A DNA stretch of 64,000 nucleotides from Gammaproteobacteria bacterium. GTDB taxonomy: Bacteria; Pseudomonadota; Gammaproteobacteria; JABABF01. Position 1 is the stretch's first letter, and each line of letters starts with the position of its first letter. Shown piece by piece: positions 48,567 through 57,807 of this stretch. The DNA lies in the NCBI GenBank assembly GCA_965237805.1, contig OZ250153.1:1661585-1725584 (forward strand), given 5' to 3'. The translations under genes were made by a program, and so were the position numbers. A model generated the notes under the pieces. That model made no database searches and was not told the origin of the DNA. It saw nothing but the letters and a program-made list of their open reading frames with translations.

Positions 48567-49871
48567 ATGAACAAGAAAACCCTACTACTCTCCCTAATCT
48601 TCCTAGCCGGAATGTTCGCTGGCAGCACCTTCCAGATCCACAAAGCGACACAGATTGCCCAATCCCTGTCCGCCAGCCCCGCATTGCTGGCGTGGGATGA
48701 CTTCACGCTGCGGATGCATGCTCTCGGGCAGCGGCTACTCGCAGACGATATCGTCACCAATGCCTCTGGCGACAGCTTTCCGATGGCCACGGATCGCGAT
48801 CGCTCGGATGCTGTGCGCCAATTGGCGCATATGGTGGTGGAAGGGCTGAGCATCGAGTTTGATCACGCCGATCCGGAGTTTCCCTCTCTCAAGGTGGTCA
48901 ACACAGACACGACGGGCTGGGGTGGCCCCAATGTGGATAACAAGTATCTGCGCGCCAGTATTCGTGGCGACTCGACTTATCTGCTGAGCGGTAATTTGCA
49001 AGGGGTGCGTGAAATCGCGCTGCAAAGCTCGAAGGGGGATCTGCATCTCGGGGAAATCGGTGCCTCTCAAACGCTGGATAAATCTGCACTGAACATTGAT
49101 GCGCAGGGGAACTTCTCCATCACGATCAGCCCACAAGCGCCACAGCAGGGCGATTGGCTCGAGCTGGCCGAGGATCACACGCTGCTCTCGCTGCGGGTCT
49201 ATTTCGCCGATTGGCAAGAGGATGCCGACGCTCAGTTCTATCTGGTCAAGGTGGGCAATGAGGGGCTTGCCCCCGCCATCCTGACGGAGGCGGTGGTCGC
49301 TCAGCGGCTGGCCAAGGCCGCGGCATGGATTGAGGGTAGCCTGACTGGCTGGAATCGCTGGATGAAGGCTGCTGTACTGAACCGCAAAGTGAACGAGGCC
49401 GGGGCGCTGCGCTCGGTCAGCGGCGGCTCTTCGGTGCTGTCCTATGGGGGGATTCTCTTTGAGCTGGCTGCCGATGAGGCGCTGATTATGGAGCTGGTGC
49501 TGGCACCGGCGGACTACTGGTCATTCCAGACCTATACCCATGCCTGGTTCGATGCCGGTGACTATGCCAATCGGCTGACCAGCATCAATATGGAGCAAGC
49601 TTATTTCAGCCCGGATGGCAAGGTCTGGTTTGTGTTGGCTCACCGGGATCCGGCCATTCCCAATTGGCTCGACACGGAGGGGCGGCAGCGGGCCTTGGTG
49701 ACGCATCGCTGGATGAAAGTGCAGCAAGAGCCTCAGCTCAGGACGCAAGTGGTGCCCTTTGCAGAGCTGCGAGCGCATCTCCCCGCCGAGATGCCCACGG
49801 TGAGTGCCGAGCAGCGCAGACAGCAGATCGCAGAGCGACAACGGCACATCCAACACCGCTTTCATAACTAG
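48567..49871 (+). CDS. exported DUF1214-like protein
   Basis: Signal peptide MNKKTLLLSLIFLAG; WGGPNVDNKYL, YWSFQ, HRDPAIPNWLDTEG. Confidence 0.82.
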   Translation: MNKKTLLLSLIFLAGMFAGSTFQIHKATQIAQSLSASPALLAWDDFTLRMHALGQRLLADDIVTNASGDSFPMATDRDRSDAVRQLAHMVVEGLSIEFDHADPEFPSLKVVNTDTTGWGGPNVDNKYLRASIRGDSTYLLSGNLQGVREIALQSSKGDLHLGEIGASQTLDKSALNIDAQGNFSITISPQAPQQGDWLELAEDHTLLSLRVYFADWQEDADAQFYLVKVGNEGLAPAILTEAVVAQRLAKAAAWIEGSLTGWNRWMKAAVLNRKVNEAGALRSVSGGSSVLSYGGILFELAADEALIMELVLAPADYWSFQTYTHAWFDAGDYANRLTSINMEQAYFSPDGKVWFVLAHRDPAIPNWLDTEGRQRALVTHRWMKVQQEPQLRTQVVPFAELRAHLPAEMPTVSAEQRRQQIAERQRHIQHRFHN

Positions 49872-49950
49872 TGTTGGGGCGGTTTGGGGAAATCGCTGAA
49901 ATTCTGCCTCTATAATCTTCCATTACGGATTTGAGCAGGAGGTCTCGAGC

Positions 49951-50475
49951 ATGTCAAATTCTGAGCGCAGCTATAAGGTTTTCTCCCGGGAGATAAGCCT
50001 TAGGGTCAGTAGTGACTCGACTTATCGCCTGAGTGGTAATTGGAACGAGGGGTTGAGCATCCAGCACCACAGCTCGAAGGAGGAGAGTAGCCAAGGGCCA
50101 AGCGCTGCATTCAAAACACTGGATAAATCTGCACTGACTATCGATGAGCAGGGCAACTTTTCCATCAAGATCAGCCCCGGACATCCACGGCCAGGCGAAC
50201 GGCAAGGCGATTGGCTTCTACTGGCAGCGGATCACACACGGCTATCGATTCTGGTCAATTTCTTGTTCGAGCGACGTAGTGATCATACCAAGACTGAGAC
50301 GCGGGTCAATGAGCTACCTCTAGGGATCCAGCAAGACACTGTTAGCGCTGATTGGGATGGCACCAAGGAGTCGACAGAGCCCGAGGTTTTACTTAGATTG
50401 GAGCGTTTAGGCGGTAGCGAACCGGATGTGGACTTGACGGCTTGGGACTTGAACGACCACAGACAAGCCAGATGA
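49951..50475 (+). CDS. hypothetical protein derived from a partial duplication of the DUF1214-like gene
   Basis: DSTYRLSGN, TLDKSALTIDEQGNFSIKISP and QGDWL match the middle of the upstream gene; AGGAGG SD and TATAAT upstream. Confidence 0.65.
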   Translation: MSNSERSYKVFSREISLRVSSDSTYRLSGNWNEGLSIQHHSSKEESSQGPSAAFKTLDKSALTIDEQGNFSIKISPGHPRPGERQGDWLLLAADHTRLSILVNFLFERRSDHTKTETRVNELPLGIQQDTVSADWDGTKESTEPEVLLRLERLGGSEPDVDLTAWDLNDHRQAR

Positions 50476-50622
50476 TTCTGGTTGCCAGCAATATTGGGTT
50501 CCAGCATCGGCACGTACGAGGTACGTGGTTTGATGAGCTGGCGGGGTTAGCTATTAGGGAGAGCTGTAAGGGTTGTACTCTTAAGTATCGTACTAATAGG
50601 AAAAAACGGATTAAATTCAAGC

Positions 50623-50651
50623 TTGACAAAGACTTACACATGGTTTAGCCT
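50623..50651 (+). promoter_or_regulatory. sigma70 promoter of the tRNA-like RNA
   Basis: TTGACA-17 nt-TAGCCT, ending 8 nt before the acceptor stem. Confidence 0.65.
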
Positions 50652-50659
50652 TGGAGCTA

Positions 50660-50770
50660 AGGGTGTTCGTCCAAGCGGATAAGATGCCTGTGGACTTTGA
50701 TATATTAAGCACTTTCAACTTAATTATATCAACACAGGAGATGCGGGTTCAAGTCCTGCGCACCCTCCCA
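50660..50770 (+). ncRNA. tRNA-like RNA (Glu-type body) with extended anticodon arm
   Basis: Acceptor AGGGTGT/GCACCCT + C-CCA; D arm GTC-CAAGCGGATAA-GAT; stem CCTGTG/CACAGG enclosing a 40-nt hairpin; 4-nt variable loop; T arm GCGGG-TTCAAGT-CCTGC. Confidence 0.85.
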
Positions 50771-50908
50771 ATTACTGCGCTCAGTGGTGGCCGAAATCGA
50801 CCCCGTGCATTCTATCCCCCCCCACATCACCCCTTAAGTTGCCCCTTAGCCCCACATCACCGATAATAAAGAGCTTATTCCCCAGTCTATAGGGCGACCC
50901 TCGCCTCG

Positions 50909-52663
50909 ATGAGTTATCAAGTGCTGGCTCGCAAGTGGCGGCCGCGCAATTTTTCACAGGTGGTCGGGCAGGAGGCTGTGGTGAGCGCGTTGCGCAACGC
51001 CTTGGAGCGCGGCCGCCTGCATCACGCCTATCTGTTTACCGGCACTCGCGGTGTCGGCAAGACTTCGCTGGCCCGTATCCTCGCCCGCTGCTTCAACTGC
51101 GAGGGTGGTGTGACCGCCGAGCCCTGTGGTGAGTGCGGCAACTGCCGCGCTGTCGATGAGGGGCGCTTCCCCGACCTGCTCGAGGTGGATGCCGCCTCGC
51201 GCACCCGTATCGAGGACACTCGGGAACTGCTGGACAAAGTGGCCTATGCGCCCGCTCAGGGGCGCTTTCGCATCTATTTGATCGACGAGGTGCATATGCT
51301 CTCGGATCATAGTTTCAACGCGCTGCTCAAGACTTTGGAGGAGCCCCCGGAGCATGTCCGTTTCCTGCTCGCCACCACCGAGCCGCGCAAGCTGCCTGCC
51401 ACGGTGCTCTCACGCTGTCTGCAATTCCATCTGCGGCATCTGGAGCAGGCTGCGATCGCCGCCCAGCTGGCGCGGGTGCTCGCCGCCGAGGAAGAGCCGG
51501 TGGAGGCCGAGCCAGCGGCGCTGGCAGCGCTGGCCAAAGCCGCCGATGGCAGCATGCGAGATGCGCTGAGTCTGTGCGATCAAGCCATCGCCCACGGTGG
51601 CGGTCGCCTCGAGCTGGGGCGGCTGCGGGAGATGCTCGGCACGGTGGGTCAAGATCGGGTGCCGGCGCTGCTGGAGGCGCTGCTGGCGGGCGATGGCCAG
51701 ACGCTGCTGTCGGAGGTGGAGCAGCTGGCGGCCTTTTGTCCGGATTATCGCGGGCTGCTGGTGGAGTTGATGGAATTACTGCACCGCATCGCCGTGGAGC
51801 AGGCTGTTCCCGGCAGCGGCGATCAGCGCATCGCCGACTGGGCGCAGCGTTTGGATCCCGAGACGGTGCAGCTGTTCTATCAGGCTGGGGTGATCGGGCG
51901 GCGTGATTTCGAATTGGCCCCCGGTGCCCGCGGCGCGCTGGAGATGAGCCTGCTGCGGATGCTGAGTTTCCGTCTGCTGCCCAATGATGGCGGCTCTGCT
52001 GCCGCTCCGGCTAGCGGCGGGGCTGCGGCTCCTGCGGCGGCGGGTGCTGACAGCGGCGCAGCGTCACCCACCGCCGCCCCGGCCAGTAGCGCCGGGGGCG
52101 GTACCGCCCAAGAGTCATCCCCTGCCAGTGCTCGCAGCACCGAGCCGCCTCCTGCCGCCGAGCTGCCGCCCCCTGCCGCTGCATCTCCCGCTGCCGTCGC
52201 CACGGCATCCCCCTCCGCCGCAGCCACGGCGGTGCCACCTGCCGCCGCCACCCCACCGCAGGCTGTCGACTGGCGGTCGCTGTGCGAGCAGCTGGGTCTG
52301 CGCGGTAGGCTGGCGACTGTGGCCGGGCACTGCGCGCTGCGCGATGAAGATCGCGGCGAGCATGAATGGCGGCTGTGCATCGCCGAGGAGCACAGCGCGC
52401 TGTTGGCCAAGGAGCACGCCGGGGAATTGGCGCGCTGTATCAATGCTCAGCTGGGTACGGAGCTGCTTGTGCGCATCGAGCGGGTCGCCTCTGGCACTGA
52501 GCTGCCGCAGACTCCGGCGCAGTGCCAAGCGCTCTTGTTGCAGGCTTCTTTACGCGAGGCCTCGCAGCGCCTGGCGGCCGACCCCAAGGTGTTGGCATTG
52601 CAGCAGCGCTTTGATGCGCAACTGCTGCCCGAGTCGGTGCGCGCAGTGTCGGCCAAATCGTGA
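50909..52663 (+). CDS. dnaX: DNA polymerase III gamma/tau
   Basis: MSYQVLARKWRP, GTRGVGKT, DEVHML, SRCLQF; Ala/Pro linker. Confidence 0.97.
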   Translation: MSYQVLARKWRPRNFSQVVGQEAVVSALRNALERGRLHHAYLFTGTRGVGKTSLARILARCFNCEGGVTAEPCGECGNCRAVDEGRFPDLLEVDAASRTRIEDTRELLDKVAYAPAQGRFRIYLIDEVHMLSDHSFNALLKTLEEPPEHVRFLLATTEPRKLPATVLSRCLQFHLRHLEQAAIAAQLARVLAAEEEPVEAEPAALAALAKAADGSMRDALSLCDQAIAHGGGRLELGRLREMLGTVGQDRVPALLEALLAGDGQTLLSEVEQLAAFCPDYRGLLVELMELLHRIAVEQAVPGSGDQRIADWAQRLDPETVQLFYQAGVIGRRDFELAPGARGALEMSLLRMLSFRLLPNDGGSAAAPASGGAAAPAAAGADSGAASPTAAPASSAGGGTAQESSPASARSTEPPPAAELPPPAAASPAAVATASPSAAATAVPPAAATPPQAVDWRSLCEQLGLRGRLATVAGHCALRDEDRGEHEWRLCIAEEHSALLAKEHAGELARCINAQLGTELLVRIERVASGTELPQTPAQCQALLLQASLREASQRLAADPKVLALQQRFDAQLLPESVRAVSAKS

Positions 52664-53280
52664 TGACGCTGTTCAGCCCCTTGCTGGTCGAGTTGCTTGA
52701 GGCCTTGCGCCGCCTGCCCGGTATCGGTCCGCGCGGTGCCCAGCGCCTCGCCCTGCACCTGCTACAGCGCGACCGCGAGGGTGGCAAGCAACTGGCTGCC
52801 TGCTTGCAGCGCGCGATGGAGGAGATCGGCCATTGCGAGCACTGCCGCAATCTCAGCGAGCAGCCGCTGTGTCCGCTGTGCGCGGCGAGCGGGCGCGATG
52901 AAAAGCAGCTCTGCGTGGTCGAGCAGCCGGCCGATCTGGCGGCGATCGAGCAGAGTGGGCGCTATCGGGGGCGCTATTTTGTGCTCTTCGGGCGGCTCTC
53001 GCCCATCGATGGTATCGGCCCCGAGGAGCTGGGCTGTGAGCAATTGCTGCAGTTGGTGGCCGAGCGGGCGTTGGACGAGCTGATCTTGGCCACCAGTGCC
53101 ACGATGGAGGGCGAAGCGACGGCGGCTTTTCTCTGCGAGCAGCTGTGTGCCGCCCCGCTGCGCATCTCGCGCATCGCCCAAGGGGTGCCGCAGGGCGGCG
53201 AGCTGGACTTTGTCGATAGCGGCACCTTGGGTCAGGCCATCAGCGAGCGGCGGCCCATGTCTGTCTCGGGGGCGTCGTGA
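52663..53280 (+). CDS. recR: recombination mediator RecR
   Basis: LPGIGPRGAQR, C4 zinc finger, LSPIDGIGP, EGEATA. Confidence 0.96.
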   Translation: MTLFSPLLVELLEALRRLPGIGPRGAQRLALHLLQRDREGGKQLAACLQRAMEEIGHCEHCRNLSEQPLCPLCAASGRDEKQLCVVEQPADLAAIEQSGRYRGRYFVLFGRLSPIDGIGPEELGCEQLLQLVAERALDELILATSATMEGEATAAFLCEQLCAAPLRISRIAQGVPQGGELDFVDSGTLGQAISERRPMSVSGAS

Positions 53281-54446
53281 CAGCGTGGGGGGGTGGCGGC
53301 GCAGGGGCCGCTTCCGGCAGCATTGATTGGGTCATGGTCGAGAGCGACGCGCAGCTGCGCGCTGAGCTGCGGGGCTGGCTGTGCTGTGATGCGCTGGCGC
53401 TGGACACCGAGTTCATGCGCAAGAGCACTTACTATTCGATTCCCGCGCTGTTGCAGGTCAGCGACGGCGAGCGGCACTGCTTGGTCGACCTGATGCGCAT
53501 ACACGACTTGGCACCGCTGGATGAATTGCTGAGCGGGCGCGGCACGCTCAAAGTGTTGCACGCCTGCGGTGAGGATCTGCAAGTCTTTGATCGCCTGTTG
53601 CCAGGCATTGAGGTCGCCCCGCTCTTTGACACCCAGCTGGCGGCGATGATCTGCGGCTTTGAGACCGAGCCGGTGGCCTATAAAACTCTGGTGCAAAAGC
53701 ACCTGTCGATCGAGCTGGGCAAGAGTGAGACGCGTTCGGATTGGTTGCATCGGCCGCTGAGTGAGGCCCAGCTTTGCTACGCGGTAGAAGATGTGGTGCA
53801 TCTGTTGCCGCTCTACCGCATCCTGCACACCGAGCTCGAGCGTCTGGGGCGTCTGTCGTGGCTCGAGTCCGAATTGTGCCGCCTGCGCCAGCCCTCCGAT
53901 ATTTCGCAGCTGCCGCTGGGTCGCCCGACGCGCCGCAAACTGCGCAATCCGGCGTTGTTGCCCGTGATCCGCAGACTGTGTGAGTGGCGCGAGGACATGG
54001 CCCGCCAGCGCGACCTGCCGCGCCAGTGGCTGGTCGAAGATGCCGTGTTGCTGGCGCTGGCGCGCGCACATCCGCAGACGCTCCAAGAGCTGGATCAAGT
54101 GTCGGGGCTGTCGCCGAAGCTGCGCCGTAAAAGCGGCGAGGACTTGCTCGAGTTGATGCGCTTGGCGGCAGCCGACCCGATCCCCGAGCGCATGTCCTTG
54201 GCGCTGAGCGAGCGCGCCGCCACCACGCCCGCCGAAACCCAGCAACTGGAGGCTTTAGCAGAGGCGGGCAAGGCCAAAGCCGCGCAGCTCGGCCTCGGGG
54301 TGGAATTCCTGTGCTCCAAGCGAGATCGCCTGCGCTTGGTCGATGCGGCCAGCACTGGCGAGGAGATGCCGATTGCCGAGCTCGGTGAATGGCGTCTCCA
54401 AGTCTTGGCCGATGTGCTACATGAGCTGTGTCCGCGATGGGGCTGA
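53277..54446 (+). CDS. rnd: ribonuclease D
   Basis: ALDTEF, HACGEDL, FDTQLAA, SDWLHRPLS, YAVEDV, HRDC domain; start uncertain. Confidence 0.93.
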   Translation: MTAWGGGGAGAASGSIDWVMVESDAQLRAELRGWLCCDALALDTEFMRKSTYYSIPALLQVSDGERHCLVDLMRIHDLAPLDELLSGRGTLKVLHACGEDLQVFDRLLPGIEVAPLFDTQLAAMICGFETEPVAYKTLVQKHLSIELGKSETRSDWLHRPLSEAQLCYAVEDVVHLLPLYRILHTELERLGRLSWLESELCRLRQPSDISQLPLGRPTRRKLRNPALLPVIRRLCEWREDMARQRDLPRQWLVEDAVLLALARAHPQTLQELDQVSGLSPKLRRKSGEDLLELMRLAAADPIPERMSLALSERAATTPAETQQLEALAEAGKAKAAQLGLGVEFLCSKRDRLRLVDAASTGEEMPIAELGEWRLQVLADVLHELCPRWG

Positions 54447-54970
54447 TCGAATGGCTGTTGGCGCGGGTGCCGAACGACTACTCGCCGGTATGGACCACTT
54501 ATCTCACGCTCGCCTCGCTGCTCTGCCTGCAGCTGGCTTGGTTGTTGCGGCGCTTCCCCTTTCCCCGTCTGCGCTCCTTGCTGTGGCTGTGGGCGGTGGC
54601 GGTGTTGCTCACCCCGGTGACCATCGCCGAGAGCGGCGCATCGTCGCGTTGGCTACCGGCCGTGACGACTTTGCCGCTGGCGATCATCCGCAACAACAGC
54701 GCCGATTTGGCCGATTCGCTGCGGGTGTTACAGCTGTCTTTGGCGGCGGTGTTGCTGGTTTGGACGTTCAGCCAACTCGCTGTCGCGTGGTATCGTATTC
54801 GCTCCACCGCGCTCTCGCGTGCGGCTGTGCTCGCCGGGGCACCGCCTCGGTACACCGCCTCGGGGCGGCGGCGACTGCTGGTCTCAGAGCGGCGGCGACT
54901 GCCTGTCTCAGAGCGGCGGCGCAGGCGACGGCGAGGCTCTTCTAATCAGTTGCGGTTACGGTGGAATTAG
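54437..54970 (+). CDS. membrane protein with Arg-rich repeated C-tail
   Basis: 3-4 TM segments; tail RRRLLVSE-RRRLPVSE-RRRR from a 24-bp duplication. Confidence 0.6.
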   Translation: MGLIEWLLARVPNDYSPVWTTYLTLASLLCLQLAWLLRRFPFPRLRSLLWLWAVAVLLTPVTIAESGASSRWLPAVTTLPLAIIRNNSADLADSLRVLQLSLAAVLLVWTFSQLAVAWYRIRSTALSRAAVLAGAPPRYTASGRRRLLVSERRRLPVSERRRRRRRGSSNQLRLRWN

Positions 54971-54972
54971 CG

Positions 54973-55548
54973 ATGAATGACGATGGCTCAGCAGCGGCGG
55001 CGCTGGCGGCGCTGATCGCCAAGGATCGCATCCGGCAGTTGGCGTTGCTCTATTGCCGTGCCTCGGATCGGCGCGATTTTGACTTGATGCGCAGCCTGTA
55101 CCACGAGGATGCCACCGACGATCACGGCGGCATGTTCAAGGGGCCAGCGATGGAATTCATCGACCGCCTGCCGCAGATCATGGCGGACATCGAGCTGACG
55201 ACGCACCATATCACCAACCATCTGATCGCCTTGCATCCAGACGGTGTGCGCGCTGAGGGCGAACTCAACATCATCGCCTATCATCGGGTGCAGACGCCCG
55301 ACGGCCCGCAGGACGCCATCATCGGTGGGCGCTATCTAGATCACTACGAATGCCGCGACGGGAGCTGCTGGAAATTCGCTGCCCGTAAAATCGTGCTCGA
55401 TTGGAATCGCATCGGCCCCTCGTTATGCGATTTCGATCACCCGACAGCGCAGGGGGTGGCGCGCTGCGGTGCTGCCGACGATCCATCCTATGCGCTGCTG
55501 CCACTGATGGCATCACTGAACGGCAACACACCGGGGATTGACGACTGA
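54973..55548 (+). CDS. SnoaL/NTF2-like (BaiE/LinA-type) protein
   Basis: IRQL...YCR..DRRD, YHEDATDDHG, HHITN, GGRYLD. Confidence 0.88.
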   Translation: MNDDGSAAAALAALIAKDRIRQLALLYCRASDRRDFDLMRSLYHEDATDDHGGMFKGPAMEFIDRLPQIMADIELTTHHITNHLIALHPDGVRAEGELNIIAYHRVQTPDGPQDAIIGGRYLDHYECRDGSCWKFAARKIVLDWNRIGPSLCDFDHPTAQGVARCGAADDPSYALLPLMASLNGNTPGIDD

Positions 55549-56390
55549 TGAAATTCGAAGGCACCGAGCGCTATATCGCCGGCAAGGAGCTGCAGGTGGC
55601 CGTCAACGCTGCCCTGACGCTGGAGCGACCGCTGCTGGTCAAGGGCGAGCCCGGCACTGGCAAAACCATGTTGGCCGAGGAGGTGGCGGGTGCGCTGGGC
55701 ATGCCACTGGTCGAGTGGCATATCAAATCCACGACCAGTGCACAACAGGGGCGCTATGAATACGATGCGGTGGCGCGTCTGCGCGACTCGCAACTGGGCG
55801 GGAAAATCGATGACATCGATCACTACATCCGCAAGGGCAAGCTGTGGGAGAGTTTTGTGGCAGAGCAGCGGGTGGCGCTGTTGATCGACGAGATCGACAA
55901 GGCGGACATCGAATTTCCCAACGATTTGTTGCAGGAATTGGATCGCATGGAATTTCATGTCTACGAGCTGGATCGCACCATCAAGGCAGTGCACCGTCCC
56001 TTGGTCATCATCACCAGCAACAACGAAAAGGAATTGCCCGACGCTTTTTTGCGGCGCTGCTTTTTTCACTACATCGATTTCCCCGACCAAAAGACGCTGG
56101 AGGAAATCGTGCGGGTGCATTATCCAGACATCGGCAGCGAGCTGCTACGCGATGCCCTGCGGGCCTTTTTTGAGCTGCGCGATGTGCCGGGCTTGAAGAA
56201 AAAGCCGAGCACCTCAGAGCTGATCGATTGGATCCGCCTGTTGCTGTCGGATGAGATCCCCGCACGATTGCTACATGAGAGCGATGGCACGCGCCTGTTG
56301 CCGCCGCTGGCTGGTGCGTTGCTTAAAAACGAACAAGATCTGCACTTGCTCGACCGCTTGGCCTTCCTGCATCGCCGCGGGCAAAATTAG
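55548..56390 (+). CDS. MoxR-family AAA ATPase
   Basis: GEPGTGKT, LIDEIDKAD, LPDAFLRRC. Confidence 0.95.
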   Translation: MKFEGTERYIAGKELQVAVNAALTLERPLLVKGEPGTGKTMLAEEVAGALGMPLVEWHIKSTTSAQQGRYEYDAVARLRDSQLGGKIDDIDHYIRKGKLWESFVAEQRVALLIDEIDKADIEFPNDLLQELDRMEFHVYELDRTIKAVHRPLVIITSNNEKELPDAFLRRCFFHYIDFPDQKTLEEIVRVHYPDIGSELLRDALRAFFELRDVPGLKKKPSTSELIDWIRLLLSDEIPARLLHESDGTRLLPPLAGALLKNEQDLHLLDRLAFLHRRGQN

Positions 56391-56392
56391 CG

Positions 56393-57556
56393 GTGCTACT
56401 GAAATTTTTTGAGGCCTTACGCGCGGCCGGTGTCGGTTGTACACCGCGCGAACTGCTTGATCTGATCGGCGTGCTCAAACATGGTGTCGCCTTTGGTGAT
56501 AGCGAGGCCTTTTATTTTCTGAGCCGCAGCTGTTTGGTTAAGGACGAAGCGCGTTTCGAGCGTTTCGACCGTGCTTTTGATGCGTTTTTTCGCGGTATCG
56601 TCCGCGCCGATCCCGAGCTGTTCACCGCCGCCATACCGGAAGAATGGTTGCGCCAAGCGTTGGCCGAGGAGATGCGCGAGCCGGATGGCACGGCGCTCAG
56701 CTTTGACAACATTGAAGATTTGATGAAGGCCCTCAAACAGCGCCTCGAAGAGCAGGATGGGCGCCATGTCGGCGGCAGCCACTGGATCGGCTCTGGCGGC
56801 AGCTCGCCCTTCGGCCACAGCGGCCAGAACCCTAGCGGCATGCGCATCGGTGGTTCGGGTGGGCGCAATCAGGCGCGGTGGCGCTGGCAGCAGCACAACT
56901 ACCGCGGTCTCGACGGCAGCGACCAGCTGGGCACGCGCAATATCAAGCTGGCGCTGCGCCGCCTGCGGCGTTTCACCCGCACCGGGCGCGAGCAGGAACT
57001 CAATCTTCCCGGCACCGTCGCGGCCACGGCGCGCAATGGCGGCATGCTCGATATTCGCATCGAGCCCAAGCGGCAGAACAATGTGCGCGTCTTGCTATTG
57101 CTCGATGTCGGCGGTTCGATGGATCCACATGTCGAGCTCTGCGAGCAGCTATTCAGCGCGGCGCGCACTGAGTTTCGCCGCTTGGAGCATTTTTATTTCC
57201 ACAATTTCCCCTACGAATCGCTGTGGCGGGAGTCGCGCCTGAGTCATCGGGAGATGATGCCCACGCACGAGTTATTGCGCCGCTACCGACCGGACTACCG
57301 CGTGGTGTTACTCGGCGATGCCTCTATGTCGCCTTATGAGATCATCTCGCCACTGGCTGGTGAGGAGTCCGAGGACAGCAATTGGCTACAACGCATCAAC
57401 CAGTTCTTCAACCGGGTGATCTGGCTCAACCCGCTACCCAAGGATCGTTGGGGCAGCACCGATTCCATCCATATGATCTCGCAATTGGTCGACGGCCATA
57501 TGTATCCGATGACGCCCGACGGCCTCGCCGAGGGCACCGCCTACTTGGCGCGCTGA
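56393..57556 (+). CDS. VWA-domain (CoxE-like) partner of MoxR
   Basis: LLDVGGSMD, YFHN, GDASMSPYEI, WLNP. Confidence 0.92.
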   Translation: MLLKFFEALRAAGVGCTPRELLDLIGVLKHGVAFGDSEAFYFLSRSCLVKDEARFERFDRAFDAFFRGIVRADPELFTAAIPEEWLRQALAEEMREPDGTALSFDNIEDLMKALKQRLEEQDGRHVGGSHWIGSGGSSPFGHSGQNPSGMRIGGSGGRNQARWRWQQHNYRGLDGSDQLGTRNIKLALRRLRRFTRTGREQELNLPGTVAATARNGGMLDIRIEPKRQNNVRVLLLLDVGGSMDPHVELCEQLFSAARTEFRRLEHFYFHNFPYESLWRESRLSHREMMPTHELLRRYRPDYRVVLLGDASMSPYEIISPLAGEESEDSNWLQRINQFFNRVIWLNPLPKDRWGSTDSIHMISQLVDGHMYPMTPDGLAEGTAYLAR

Positions 57557-57599
57557 GGGCACCACCCCTCCTGCCAACAGCTGCTTTGGCAGCGCTAAT

Positions 57600-57629
57600 T
57601 TGACTCCTGAGATGGCTTGTCCTTATAAT
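57600..57629 (+). promoter_or_regulatory. sigma70-like promoter upstream of amtB
   Basis: TTGACT-18 nt-TATAAT. Confidence 0.55.
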
Positions 57630-57807
57630 GGTGCCCGCCAATTGCTGTCGCCCAGTTTTTTGACTGGCGAGCTAGCCCATCGGTGTCGGGATTGCTTGGC
57701 GCGTCTTTGGCTTTGGTTGCAGTAGTGGTCGGCGGCGATCGGCTTCTGTCAGAGCTGCATCCATAACAAGAAGACAGAAAAAAACTAGTTCATACAGGCA
57801 TTTAGAC

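Noticed and set aside
50734-50770. Simple att scar (tRNA 3' fragment)
   Set aside because: The matching 5' half and a promoter are present, so it is a complete tRNA-like gene.
50817-50862. ccccacatcacc direct repeat upstream of dnaX
   Set aside because: Only two short low-complexity copies, with no supportable function. No SRP RNA was recognised here.
50651-50866. 71-aa ORF over the tRNA-like RNA
   Set aside because: TTG start with no recognisable protein; the sequence is explained by the RNA structure.
51980-52260. Programmed frameshift in dnaX
   Set aside because: No A-AAA-AAG or poly-A slippery site seen; it is an ordinary Ala/Pro linker.
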